Shown here one piece after another: positions 26,844-34,076 of a DNA stretch of 38,567 bases. This DNA comes from a virus (taxonomy: Duplodnaviria; Heunggongvirae; Uroviricota; Caudoviricetes), in the IMG/VR virus record IMGVR_UViG_2531839486_000019, positions 1 through 38,567 of that record. One strand, given 5' to 3'. The notes below the pieces were generated by a model. It was not told where the DNA came from and did no database searches. It was given only the letters and a program-made list of their open reading frames with translations. A program made the translations under genes and the position numbers. Positions within the stretch are counted from its first letter, which is position 1, and the number at the start of each line of letters is the position of its first letter.

Positions 26844-27185
26844 TCACACTATTAATTTCGTTTCATGCCAGCCTTTAGTCACCCAGCATTGCGAGTCACC
26901 ATTACACGGGCATGAATTAACTGGAACTCTCTCGCCGCACTTACCGCAACGTTTTCTGCTGATCGATTTTATACGCCCGCGCACGCGTGCATCATCCTGG
27001 CGGATCAGTAACGCTATATACTCACCAAATTCGTAAGGCGCACGCCCGGGGCGACGCGTGGCACAGTTACGCTCCAGCATTTCAATTTCCTGAGCATCAA
27101 GCACAATCTCCAGCTTACGCACACCAGATGCAGCTTGTCTGGCTCTCTGAGCGGCTTTGCGCTCTGCTGCTGATTTAGCCATCAA
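26844..27185 (-). CDS. Cys-rich zinc-finger protein; candidate late-gene regulator (position of lambda Q)
   Basis: 113 aa; basic N-terminus and C-terminal cluster CGKCGERVPVNSCPCNGDSQC; last early gene before the terminases. Confidence 0.5.
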   Translation of the reverse strand: MMAKSAAERKAAQRARQAASGVRKLEIVLDAQEIEMLERNCATRRPGRAPYEFGEYIALLIRQDDARVRGRIKSISRKRCGKCGERVPVNSCPCNGDSQCWVTKGWHETKLIV

Positions 27186-27456
27186 TATTCACCTTTATCG
27201 CGTACACCTTTACCGGTTTATCGCCGAAGTGCAGATGTGTGATTGTCTTGATTTCATACCCGTCATACGGAACATCAATTCTGCGGCTGGAATCGTCGCG
27301 CTTCGGGGATCCCTTTGTGATAATCAGGCGGTCATACTCCCGGAACATAATTCGCTTATTCCAGTAGTCATTACACAGGCGATACTCTTCCGTTTTCTCT
27401 CCGCGAATCATGGCATCGAAGTATTCACCTTTGACAGCAAGTTGCAGGTTAGCCAT
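27175..27456 (-). CDS. hypothetical protein, possible ASCH/PUA-like fold
   Basis: ATG 27454-27456 (MANLQLAVKGEYFDAMIRGEKTEEYR...); overlaps upstream stop. Confidence 0.45.
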   Translation of the reverse strand: MANLQLAVKGEYFDAMIRGEKTEEYRLCNDYWNKRIMFREYDRLIITKGSPKRDDSSRRIDVPYDGYEIKTITHLHFGDKPVKVYAIKVNIDG

Positions 27457-27716
27457 TACCGCACCTCCAGTCTCCATACCGCCTGACCAATCCGGCTGGC
27501 ATAGGTATCTTTGGATACTGCTCCGTCTTTAGCCAGCTCCATAAGAATTTTGCGCAAATCTGCCGAACGCCATTCTTCATCAGGAAATTCCTTCTCCATT
27601 GCCAACCGCAGATTCCAGGTTGCTATCGTGAATGGATATTCCCCGCCGAGAGCTTTCTCTTGCAGGGCAGCACGGGAACGCATCACCTGCAAAACCTTCT
27701 CTTTTACATCCATCAT
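27456..27716 (-). CDS. hypothetical protein
   Basis: 86-aa ORF in the nin-like region; overlapping start/stop with neighbours. Confidence 0.45.
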   Translation of the reverse strand: MMDVKEKVLQVMRSRAALQEKALGGEYPFTIATWNLRLAMEKEFPDEEWRSADLRKILMELAKDGAVSKDTYASRIGQAVWRLEVR

Positions 27717-28114
27717 TTTGCCTCCTGCGGCGGTTCTGGTAGCGGCATCCAGTTAGTTACATTGCGGCTATGTGTTTCGAAAAATTCATCACCATTGCGG
27801 ACAATATCGAAAAACTCACCGTCTCGATGTTGCGCATATAGAACGAATACGCCATCACATAAAATAATTACGTGCTGACCATCATCTGGCATTCTCTCAC
27901 TACAGCTTATCCAACCATCCGGAGTTACCGGAGAGTTGCCCGACAGCTCGTTCAACTTGTAAGTTTGGCTTACAGGTTCGGCTTCCAGCGATGCCAGCGC
28001 AATCCGTGCCAGTTCTTCCGCTTCTTCTGCTGGCAGTACAACGTTGCTACCAGGTCCGTATGTTTCGCGCCACTGCTTGATTGTCAGCAGTCGCTCTTTG
28101 GTAATAGTGGTCAT
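27713..28114 (-). CDS. DUF551-like phage protein
   Basis: C-terminal WISCSERMP...HVIILCDG...TNWMPLPEPP pattern typical of DUF551. Confidence 0.65.
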   Translation of the reverse strand: MTTITKERLLTIKQWRETYGPGSNVVLPAEEAEELARIALASLEAEPVSQTYKLNELSGNSPVTPDGWISCSERMPDDGQHVIILCDGVFVLYAQHRDGEFFDIVRNGDEFFETHSRNVTNWMPLPEPPQEAK

Positions 28115-28116
28115 AG

Positions 28117-28308
28117 CTATTTCACCTTAATCTCAACATTTCGCAGCTTTAGCTCTACTGGCAGGTCTGACTTTCCTGTTAACGCTAATGCGAGATTTTC
28201 TGGAGTAATGAGAGCAGTTATTGTTTTCCCCATCGCCAGACGAATAATCAGTCGTATCTCGCGATCGTCACATGCTCCTGGTCGAACAATTGATATTTGT
28301 CCGTTCAT
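28117..28308 (-). CDS. hypothetical small protein
   Basis: ATG 28306-28308 with RBS AGGAGA 5 nt upstream; the longer track ORF overlaps the Ea22-like gene by 120 nt. Confidence 0.45.
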   Translation of the reverse strand: MNGQISIVRPGACDDREIRLIIRLAMGKTITALITPENLALALTGKSDLPVELKLRNVEIKVK

Positions 28309-28309
28309 C

Positions 28310-29131
28310 TCACTCTCCTTTGATGCGAATGCCAGCGGCGCGGATAGATTTCCATTGTTCCCACATTCGGTTGAAGTCTGTGCCTGATAAGGTTGCGTTA
28401 CGGTATCCGGTTTCGGTGCGCAATCCTTCAAGTGTCGATTTGGAAATACAAATTGAATGCATTACCCATGATTCAAACAAGTCACGCTCCCGAGCTTCGC
28501 AACTTTGTTTACTCATCTCTTCGATGCATTGTTTAGCTTCTAAATCAGCAATTCTGTCAACCACGGCATCAACGGCATCAGAAAAGTCGAACCAGTTACT
28601 CCACTCCGGCCTATCACCGGTTGCTGCAAAGTACATATCAGCTAAAGCAGACTCAGCATGGTCACGCTCGTTAATGAGTTGCTCTTCGCTTTTCTCCAGT
28701 TCAGCAATACGCTTACTTCCATCCGAGATAACACCTTCGTAATACTCGCGCTGCTCGTTGAGTTTTGATTTTGTCTCCTCAAGCTCAACACGCAGCTTCC
28801 CTACCGTTAGCGCAATATCCTCGTTCTCCTGGTCGCGGCGTTTGATGTATTGCTGGTTTCTTTCCCGTTCATCCAGCAGCGCCAGCACGGTAGCCGGATT
28901 GGCTGCGGCGATGAATTCAGCATTGGCCTGCTGTTCCATTTGGAAATCTTCATCGAAACCGCTTTCTGGATGCGCTCCTTCAATTCTGCAAATGGGAATA
29001 TATCCAGCAGCCTCGCGATGAATTAGTGCATCATCACCATCAAATCGGCCCTCTCCATATTCGAGCGACCACACACCACACGTTGCTTTTTCTGCCTTGG
29101 CACGCAGTGCCTGATAGTCAATCTTGCTCAT
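28310..29131 (-). CDS. Ead/Ea22-like protein
   Basis: N-terminus MSKIDYQALRAKAEKATCGVW and coiled-coil middle typical of lambdoid Ea22-like proteins. Confidence 0.7.
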   Translation of the reverse strand: MSKIDYQALRAKAEKATCGVWSLEYGEGRFDGDDALIHREAAGYIPICRIEGAHPESGFDEDFQMEQQANAEFIAAANPATVLALLDERERNQQYIKRRDQENEDIALTVGKLRVELEETKSKLNEQREYYEGVISDGSKRIAELEKSEEQLINERDHAESALADMYFAATGDRPEWSNWFDFSDAVDAVVDRIADLEAKQCIEEMSKQSCEARERDLFESWVMHSICISKSTLEGLRTETGYRNATLSGTDFNRMWEQWKSIRAAGIRIKGE

Positions 29132-29132
29132 G

Positions 29133-29432
29133 TCACATCACCCTGAATCCGTTGCATTTACGTAAAAAATCGCAGATATAGCCCTTCATTTTGTCGTGCC
29201 AATCTCGATCATTCCCATTGCACCAACCATCAGGTGGAGTCCAGTTTTCTATCAGAGCAGCCATTTTCTTTGCTTTCGCCGGAGTAGCTGTTGCGGTATC
29301 GCAGTAATGACGAGTGTCGATCAACGTATCCATACCATCGATATCAAGTACGCAAAACCATGTGTGATTCGGCATTTCAACAGATGGTATTTGTTGCCCA
29401 CGTCGACGTTTATCAATAAGACATACAGTCAC
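29133..29432 (-). CDS. hypothetical protein
   Basis: 99-aa ORF; overlaps upstream stop (ATGA). Confidence 0.45.
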   Translation of the reverse strand: MTVCLIDKRRRGQQIPSVEMPNHTWFCVLDIDGMDTLIDTRHYCDTATATPAKAKKMAALIENWTPPDGWCNGNDRDWHDKMKGYICDFLRKCNGFRVM

Positions 29433-30007
29433 TGGTTGCCTCCTTTGCGAAGCTGTTCAGCAATACTTACGCATATCTCTGCGCCTCTAATCAGCCCCGG
29501 AACGTTCTTGTTTGGCCCAACTTCACCATCAACAAAATCAATCATCGCGTTACGAGCCATATCCACGCCCTGCGCCCGTACTTCAGCCAGGAAAGCGTCG
29601 GTGGCTGGGGTGTCTGATTGCAGAGACTTTGCGCGATAGTCATTCCACCCCCTTGCATACATGGGATTAACTTGCACTCCATCTTTTACGCAATATGCCT
29701 GCCCTCCACGGTTGATAACCTTGATTTCGTCCATAGCGCCAGACTTCAGCCCCGCATTCTCCGCCGCCAGCGCCGAAAACTTCTCGTGTGCCAACTTAAC
29801 AGCCGCATCAGCCTGCTTAATTGACTCAATCGCTTTCTGCTGGTCTTCGGCCAGCTCATTAGCACGCACCAGTTGCACTTCCAGTTGCGTTGCCAAATCG
29901 CTGATCAGATTTGCCACACTGCGCATATCAACGGCACCACATTCTGCTTTCAGTTCCGAAGCCATCTCATGCCCGGCGGAAACTAACCCTTTGATATTAC
30001 TTTCCAT
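29429..30007 (-). CDS. hypothetical protein
   Basis: 192-aa ORF in the nin-like region. Confidence 0.5.
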   Translation of the reverse strand: MESNIKGLVSAGHEMASELKAECGAVDMRSVANLISDLATQLEVQLVRANELAEDQQKAIESIKQADAAVKLAHEKFSALAAENAGLKSGAMDEIKVINRGGQAYCVKDGVQVNPMYARGWNDYRAKSLQSDTPATDAFLAEVRAQGVDMARNAMIDFVDGEVGPNKNVPGLIRGAEICVSIAEQLRKGGNQ

Positions 30008-30068
30008 CTTTACCCTCGCTTATCCACATAACTTATTGATTACATTGATAACTAAAAAGATCGTCGAT

Positions 30069-30416
30069 TCAGAACTCTTCGATGTTCCAGCCGCCACCTG
30101 CTTTCTTTGGTTTAACCGTTACCCCGATGATTCGGAACGGATACTGATCTGCGGCTACTTTGGTTTTCACCCTGGCGTCGTCGGTCCAGAATCCCCCTTT
30201 CACTTCGTGCAGTTCCATCTCTCCGGTGGCGAGCATCACAGCGAAATCGGGCGTATAGAACGTGTTGTCAGCTAACCGCAGCTTGATACCCTCGAATCGA
30301 TACCAGGCGATTTCCCCTGCACGTTTACGCAGCTCAAGGTGCTGGCAATACGCAGATTCTGTTTTGTTCATCTGATCTGTTTTGAGTCGACCAAGAGCCT
30401 GTATCTGTTTTCTCAT
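30069..30416 (-). CDS. putative PD-(D/E)xK-type nuclease (small resolvase-like protein)
   Basis: YTPDF ... ELHEVKG motif spacing consistent with PD-(D/E)xK; ATG 30414-30416 with GAGGT SD lying inside dyad 30420-30434. Confidence 0.5.
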   Translation of the reverse strand: MRKQIQALGRLKTDQMNKTESAYCQHLELRKRAGEIAWYRFEGIKLRLADNTFYTPDFAVMLATGEMELHEVKGGFWTDDARVKTKVAADQYPFRIIGVTVKPKKAGGGWNIEEF

Positions 30417-30419
30417 GAT

Positions 30420-30496
30420 TTACCTCTGAGGTAATTAAAAACCACATAAGACACGAAATCAATAGATTTTAGAATATTTTATTACCTAACAGGTAA
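30420..30496 (+). promoter_or_regulatory. regulatory module between the P-like gene and nin genes: two operator-like dyads flanking AACCACATA
   Basis: TTACC-TCTGA-GGTAA (30420-30434); AACCACATA (30440-30448); TTACC-TAACA-GGTAA (30482-30496). Confidence 0.45.
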
Positions 30497-30533
30497 TTGT
30501 CGAGGCGTAAAAAAATGCGCTATCGCGCTGGTA

Positions 30534-31334
30534 TTACTTGATAAATCCTGCCGCCTTTCCTCGCCTGTATTCCTCCATCAGCCACTGCGCCGGTGTTATT
30601 CCACCAAGGGTGGCGGCGTTAGGCATGCACCCGAAACTTCGCCCTGGTGGATGGTAAACGTCTCTCCCTGTGTCCGGAGGTGTACTCATGGGTTCTGGCT
30701 TTGCCTGTATGCTGATCACCGGATCGGGTATCTGCTGTCCGGAAGCCACCTTTTTCGCCCAATCATCGAGCAGCCTGCGCGCGTGTTTCTCAACCTCAAT
30801 CTCGCTAAGCTGGCGCTGATACATTGCACGGCGGGTATCACATACGACCCAGTACATAACCGGATGTCGCCACGGGAATCTTTCGGGACCACCAGGATAT
30901 AAACTTTTTTCCTTGCTGTACCGGTTAAACTCCGCCATCACATCGTCAATGGTGACGCCAAGAACCATCTTGCTGTCTTTACACCACTTGATGAATTGCC
31001 CAGGCGACGGCCAGAACGGAGATTCACTGGCGCGGGCGTGGCGCATACCAGCAGAAACCTGTTCACGGGTTCGGATCCCCCCTTCGGCAAACGCAGCAAT
31101 CCACTGCTGTTTTGCAGCAACTTCCTGCTCTGGCGTCTTCAGGTTGGTTACCACTGCCGCCGGAAACAGTTGTTTCAGCTGTTTGAAAAGGGCATCAACA
31201 AGCCTCTCTGCTGACATGTTCACCACGTTATCATTGTTGGTGTACTGATGCTCATAACCTGACATGCGAGAAAGGGCTTCTCCGTCACGGTTTTGTATCG
31301 CGGTAAAAACGTTGTTCACAAGAAATCCTCCCAT
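30534..31334 (-). CDS. replication protein P-like (lambda P family helicase loader)
   Basis: QQWIAAFAEGGIRTREQVSAGMRHARASESPFWPSPGQFIKWCKD closely matches remembered lambda P region RQWVLAFRENGITTMEQVNAGMRVARRQNRPFLPSPGQFVAWCRE. Confidence 0.8.
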   Translation of the reverse strand: MGGFLVNNVFTAIQNRDGEALSRMSGYEHQYTNNDNVVNMSAERLVDALFKQLKQLFPAAVVTNLKTPEQEVAAKQQWIAAFAEGGIRTREQVSAGMRHARASESPFWPSPGQFIKWCKDSKMVLGVTIDDVMAEFNRYSKEKSLYPGGPERFPWRHPVMYWVVCDTRRAMYQRQLSEIEVEKHARRLLDDWAKKVASGQQIPDPVISIQAKPEPMSTPPDTGRDVYHPPGRSFGCMPNAATLGGITPAQWLMEEYRRGKAAGFIK

Positions 31335-32131
31335 GCTTCAGGGCTGTTCCAGTGCGGAACGTTGTTATCAGGTAATGTTGATTGCTTCTGTCTGCTAATC
31401 TGCAGCCTCCTTGCCAGCTTCTGCTCCCACTGTGCCTGATGGTATGCCTTACCCTCAGCCATCCAGTAAATTCTGAACTCTGCAAGTTCCTGTGCCGTTG
31501 GCAGACTGTCCAGGTAGATCCCCTGCAATGAGCTTTTCCGAAGAAAGTCATCTGATGGCTGCCATTGTTCATGCATGACAAATTTGCCTAATTGCCCTGG
31601 CCCACCAGGAGGAACAAAGTTATTCATCACGGCGTTGTTTGCGCCGGGGTCATGAGGCACAGAATCCCCGCTTTTTGTCCTGCTCTCCCTCTCTTGGTTA
31701 AATGACTGGTTATATGACTGGTTCTGGATCCCGTTTTTGGGATCATTCAACATCCCGTTTTTGGGATCATTCAACATCCCGTTTTTGGGTATATTCCCGT
31801 TTTCGGGTATATTCCCGTTTTCTGGTTCATTGCCCCCCTCCCGGTTGCCTTTAATGTTCCCGTTTTTGGTTATATTAAGAGAGAAAACCCGCACTCTTTT
31901 TGTCGCTCCCTTTCTATCTCCGGTATCTGAAATAAGCCCCATTTTCATGAGCGATATAAGCCCGGCCTGCACGGTTTTTTTATTCAGGCAAGTGTCTTTA
32001 ACGAGTCGTTCTATGCTGGGGTAGCAGAGGTTATATTCATCGGCTCTGTCAGCCATCGAGAGCAGTATGAGCTTTAATGATGAGCTGCCTGGATCTGTCT
32101 CCCAGGCCCAATCTGTTGCATGTCTGCTCAT
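31316..32131 (-). CDS. replication initiator (lambda O-like) with origin iterons inside the gene
   Basis: N-terminal HTH-like domain, central peptide repeats (NGNIPENGNIPKNGMLNDPKNGMLNDP) encoded by DNA iterons, followed by the P-like gene. Confidence 0.7.
   Translation of the reverse strand: MSRHATDWAWETDPGSSSLKLILLSMADRADEYNLCYPSIERLVKDTCLNKKTVQAGLISLMKMGLISDTGDRKGATKRVRVFSLNITKNGNIKGNREGGNEPENGNIPENGNIPKNGMLNDPKNGMLNDPKNGIQNQSYNQSFNQERESRTKSGDSVPHDPGANNAVMNNFVPPGGPGQLGKFVMHEQWQPSDDFLRKSSLQGIYLDSLPTAQELAEFRIYWMAEGKAYHQAQWEQKLARRLQISRQKQSTLPDNNVPHWNSPEAWEDFL
31703..31890. repeat. putative origin of replication: iteron array plus AT-rich tract
   Basis: ATGACTGGTT x2 (31703-31724); GGATCATTCAACATCCCGTTTTTG x2 (31741-31788) with partial copy at 31727-31740; GGTATATTCCCGTTTTC x2 (31789-31825); CCCGTTTT core six times; AT-rich 31871-31890. 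Confidence 0.65.
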
Positions 32132-32146
32132 GATTAATCTCCGCTA

Positions 32147-32347
32147 TCAGCTTGAATGTTGTGGGGGGGAATTAATCATGATCTGCTTAATCTCTGCCCT
32201 GATGCGACGGTTTGATTCCATGGTGCACTCAACACAGTGTCCGTTGTAAACCCAGCGTTCACTGTCATGTCCGTGCTTACATGGTTTTCCGGTGTAGTAG
32301 CGTTTAAGTCCGCGCTTTGCGGCATCAATACGTGTAATGATTTCCAT
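32147..32347 (-). CDS. small zinc-ribbon protein (position of lambda cII; function unknown)
   Basis: ATG 32345-32347 (MEIITRIDAAKRGLKRYYTGKPCKHGHDSERWVYNGHCVEC); my reading of the displayed bases at 32402-32410 does not reproduce the first three residues of the track ORF, so the longer start is not used. Confidence 0.4.
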   Translation of the reverse strand: MEIITRIDAAKRGLKRYYTGKPCKHGHDSERWVYNGHCVECTMESNRRIRAEIKQIMINSPPQHSS

Positions 32348-32426
32348 GGTAAGCCCTGTTATTAGTATTGGGATTACGGTTATTTTGTGCTGACACAAAA
32401 AAAAGATCAACCAAATTTGGTTTTTT

Positions 32427-32441
32427 ATTACCTTTGAGGTG
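32427..32441. promoter_or_regulatory. operator-like dyad between the Cro-like gene and the next early gene
   Basis: TTACC-TTTGA-GGTGA; preceded by perfect palindrome AACCAAATTTGGTT. Confidence 0.4.
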
Positions 32442-32497
32442 AGAATAGATATGAAAAGACCGCCGGATGACGGTCTACAGAGGGTTGTGGCTGGATA

Positions 32498-32728
32498 TCA
32501 TGAGTAGAAGAAGTATGCCAGTTCTGCTTTTGAGCGCAGCCATTGTCTTGTTTTACAGGCTTTAAAAAGCCCATTCATCAATACCTTACCTGGCATTTTG
32601 CGCTTACCTGTTAAGTGAGTCTGGATATAGTGACTCGTCGTTCCGGCTTCCTGTGCGAAGGCTTCACGCTCATCCGGAGTAAGTGCAAGCCAGTGCTTTT
32701 TGAAATCGAAATGTCCGTTATCGCTCAT
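32498..32728 (-). CDS. Cro-like HTH regulator (YdaS/Cro family)
   Basis: 76 aa, ATG 32726-32728; HTH-like segment DEREAFAQEAGTTSHYIQTHLTGKR; divergent from the CI-like gene. Confidence 0.6.
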   Translation of the reverse strand: MSDNGHFDFKKHWLALTPDEREAFAQEAGTTSHYIQTHLTGKRKMPGKVLMNGLFKACKTRQWLRSKAELAYFFYS

Positions 32729-32773
32729 AGCTATTGCCTGATATTTATTTCAGATAATAAATATTCACCCATA

Positions 32774-32827
32774 AGGTAACAAAAATCAAGGATAGTTACC
32801 TATGGGGTGCATTTACCTGTTGGGTAA
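32774..32827. promoter_or_regulatory. right operator-like region between the divergent Cro-like and CI-like genes
   Basis: inverted repeat AGGTAAC-N14-GTTACCT (32774-32801) and dyad TTACC-TGTTG-GGTAA (32813-32827). Confidence 0.45.
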
Positions 32828-32882
32828 TATTGCTTTAAATTGAATCATCTACTGATTCATATATGAGGCGATTTTCCAGAAA

Positions 32883-33467
32883 ATGAAAAGTATCCAGGAC
32901 GTCCGCAGGCAAAATCTCAACGACTTGATCGACCGTGAATTCAATGGTGTTCAGACGCGGATGGCAGAAAAACTTGGAACTCAGGCAAATCTGGTAAACC
33001 GCTGGGCTCTTGGCAAGAAGGTTATCGGCGACCAGGTTGCGCGAAAAATTGAAGCTGCCGCCAATAAACCCCGTAACTGGCTTGATATCGATCGCTCGCT
33101 TTCTCAGGAAGGTTTTCAGCCTGTCGGCCCAAGCGACATTGGTCAGCTGGCGGCTCACAACCTGGAACGCTGGATGAGCGAAAGCCGCGACCTTTCAACA
33201 CAGGGAAAACTTCACCGCGCATCCGGCGTCGCCCAGGTGACAATCAGCCGCCTGTTAAACAATGAGGTCAGCGTTTCCATTTCCACCCTGGAGAATGTTG
33301 CATCTGCATTCGGGCGTCACGGATATGAACTACTGATTCACCCGCACGACCCTGCAACTATCAACTATGACCGCTCGCGCTACGCATTATTACCTGAAAC
33401 CGAGAAAGCAAAGATCGAAAGTTACATTGAATTTGTCATCAACCAGAACGAAAAAAACAAACAATAA
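32883..33467 (+). CDS. CI-like repressor candidate with HTH domain(s) and no recognisable LexA/S24 cleavage domain
   Basis: XRE-type HTH (GVQTRMAEKLGTQANLVNRWALGKK) and a second HTH-like stretch; no Ala-Gly/Ser-Lys peptidase motifs seen; divergent from Cro-like gene. Confidence 0.55.
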   Translation: MKSIQDVRRQNLNDLIDREFNGVQTRMAEKLGTQANLVNRWALGKKVIGDQVARKIEAAANKPRNWLDIDRSLSQEGFQPVGPSDIGQLAAHNLERWMSESRDLSTQGKLHRASGVAQVTISRLLNNEVSVSISTLENVASAFGRHGYELLIHPHDPATINYDRSRYALLPETEKAKIESYIEFVINQNEKNKQ

Positions 33468-33488
33468 AATCATATTTTTCAGTAAGTA

Positions 33489-33512
33489 AGCCGCCAAATG
33501 GCGGCTTTTTTT
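33489..33512 (+). terminator. rho-independent terminator after the CI-like gene
   Basis: stem agccgcc / ggcggct with aaat loop, then TTTTTT. Confidence 0.65.
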
Positions 33513-33525
33513 ATTGTCTTTTTAA

Positions 33526-33602
33526 TTACCTTACAGGTAATTTTTTTAACTCATATCTATTGACATCAAACCAAATACGCATAATTATTACCTCAACGGT
33601 AA
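33526..33602 (+). promoter_or_regulatory. pL-like early-left promoter with two operator-like dyads
   Basis: dyad TTACC-TTACA-GGTAA (33526-33540); -35 TTGACA (33560-33565); 17-bp spacer; -10 AATTAT (33583-33588) overlapped by dyad TTACC-TCAAC-GGTAA (33588-33602). Confidence 0.5.
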
Positions 33603-33621
33603 CAAGCCGAGGTAACAAGTT

Positions 33622-33774
33622 ATGCAGTGGAAAATCATCAACGGTTGGTACTGCGTTACTGCATGCGGATTCATGAGCTGGAAGTTCCGCACCTTACAGG
33701 AAGGCATTAAGTGGGCTTTCGTCAGCAAAGAAGCTCGCGATGTGGCCAACGATAACGAGATATGGGAGGGCTGA
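33622..33774 (+). CDS. hypothetical 50-aa protein, first gene of the early-left operon (not in ORF track)
   Basis: ATG 33622 with GAGGT 8 nt upstream; TGA 33772-33774; reads MQWKIINGWYCVTACGFMSWKFRTLQEGIKWAFVSKEARDVANDNEIWEG. Confidence 0.3.
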   Translation: MQWKIINGWYCVTACGFMSWKFRTLQEGIKWAFVSKEARDVANDNEIWEG

Positions 33775-33776
33775 TA

Positions 33777-34076
33777 ATGAACGTTAATCAGCAGAAAAAT
33801 CTTCAAAAAATCATGCTGGCATTCGACAAGGACTACCGCCTGTCAGAACAGCTATATGACCGACAAGTTGAACTGATTGAGAGCATCCGACTTCATCAAC
33901 TGTCCTCAACTTTCGACGTTGTAACAGGCAAAGGCGTTCGTCAGGAAGTACTGGAGGCTGCTAAAGACAGCCCTGAGTTCGAAGAACTGATGGATGCCTA
34001 TCGGCGAGAGGCAATGGCAATTATCGCCCGCTGGGATCTGGCGGATCAGATTGATGGACAGAGGGACGCGGCATGA
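33777..34076 (+). CDS. hypothetical protein
   Basis: ATG 33777 with RBS GGGAGGG; the earlier track start lacks an RBS. Confidence 0.5.
   Translation: MNVNQQKNLQKIMLAFDKDYRLSEQLYDRQVELIESIRLHQLSSTFDVVTGKGVRQEVLEAAKDSPEFEELMDAYRREAMAIIARWDLADQIDGQRDAA

Noticed and set aside
28272-29021. Plus-strand ORFs 28272..28742 and 28758..29021
   Set aside because: Antisense to the Ea22-like gene; Ser-rich low-complexity translations.
29661-30275. 204-aa plus-strand ORF
   Set aside because: Antisense across two minus-strand early genes and their intergenic gap; no RBS.
30651-31248. Plus-strand ORFs 30651..30902, 30913..31248 and 30996..31214 after regulatory module C
   Set aside because: They lie antisense within the well-supported P-like gene and have no RBS; module C more likely drives a non-coding transcript or acts on the minus strand.
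31727-31870. Possible CRISPR array, suggested by regular direct repeats
   Set aside because: The repeats are contiguous with no unique spacers, lie inside an intact coding frame and encode peptide repeats; they are origin iterons.
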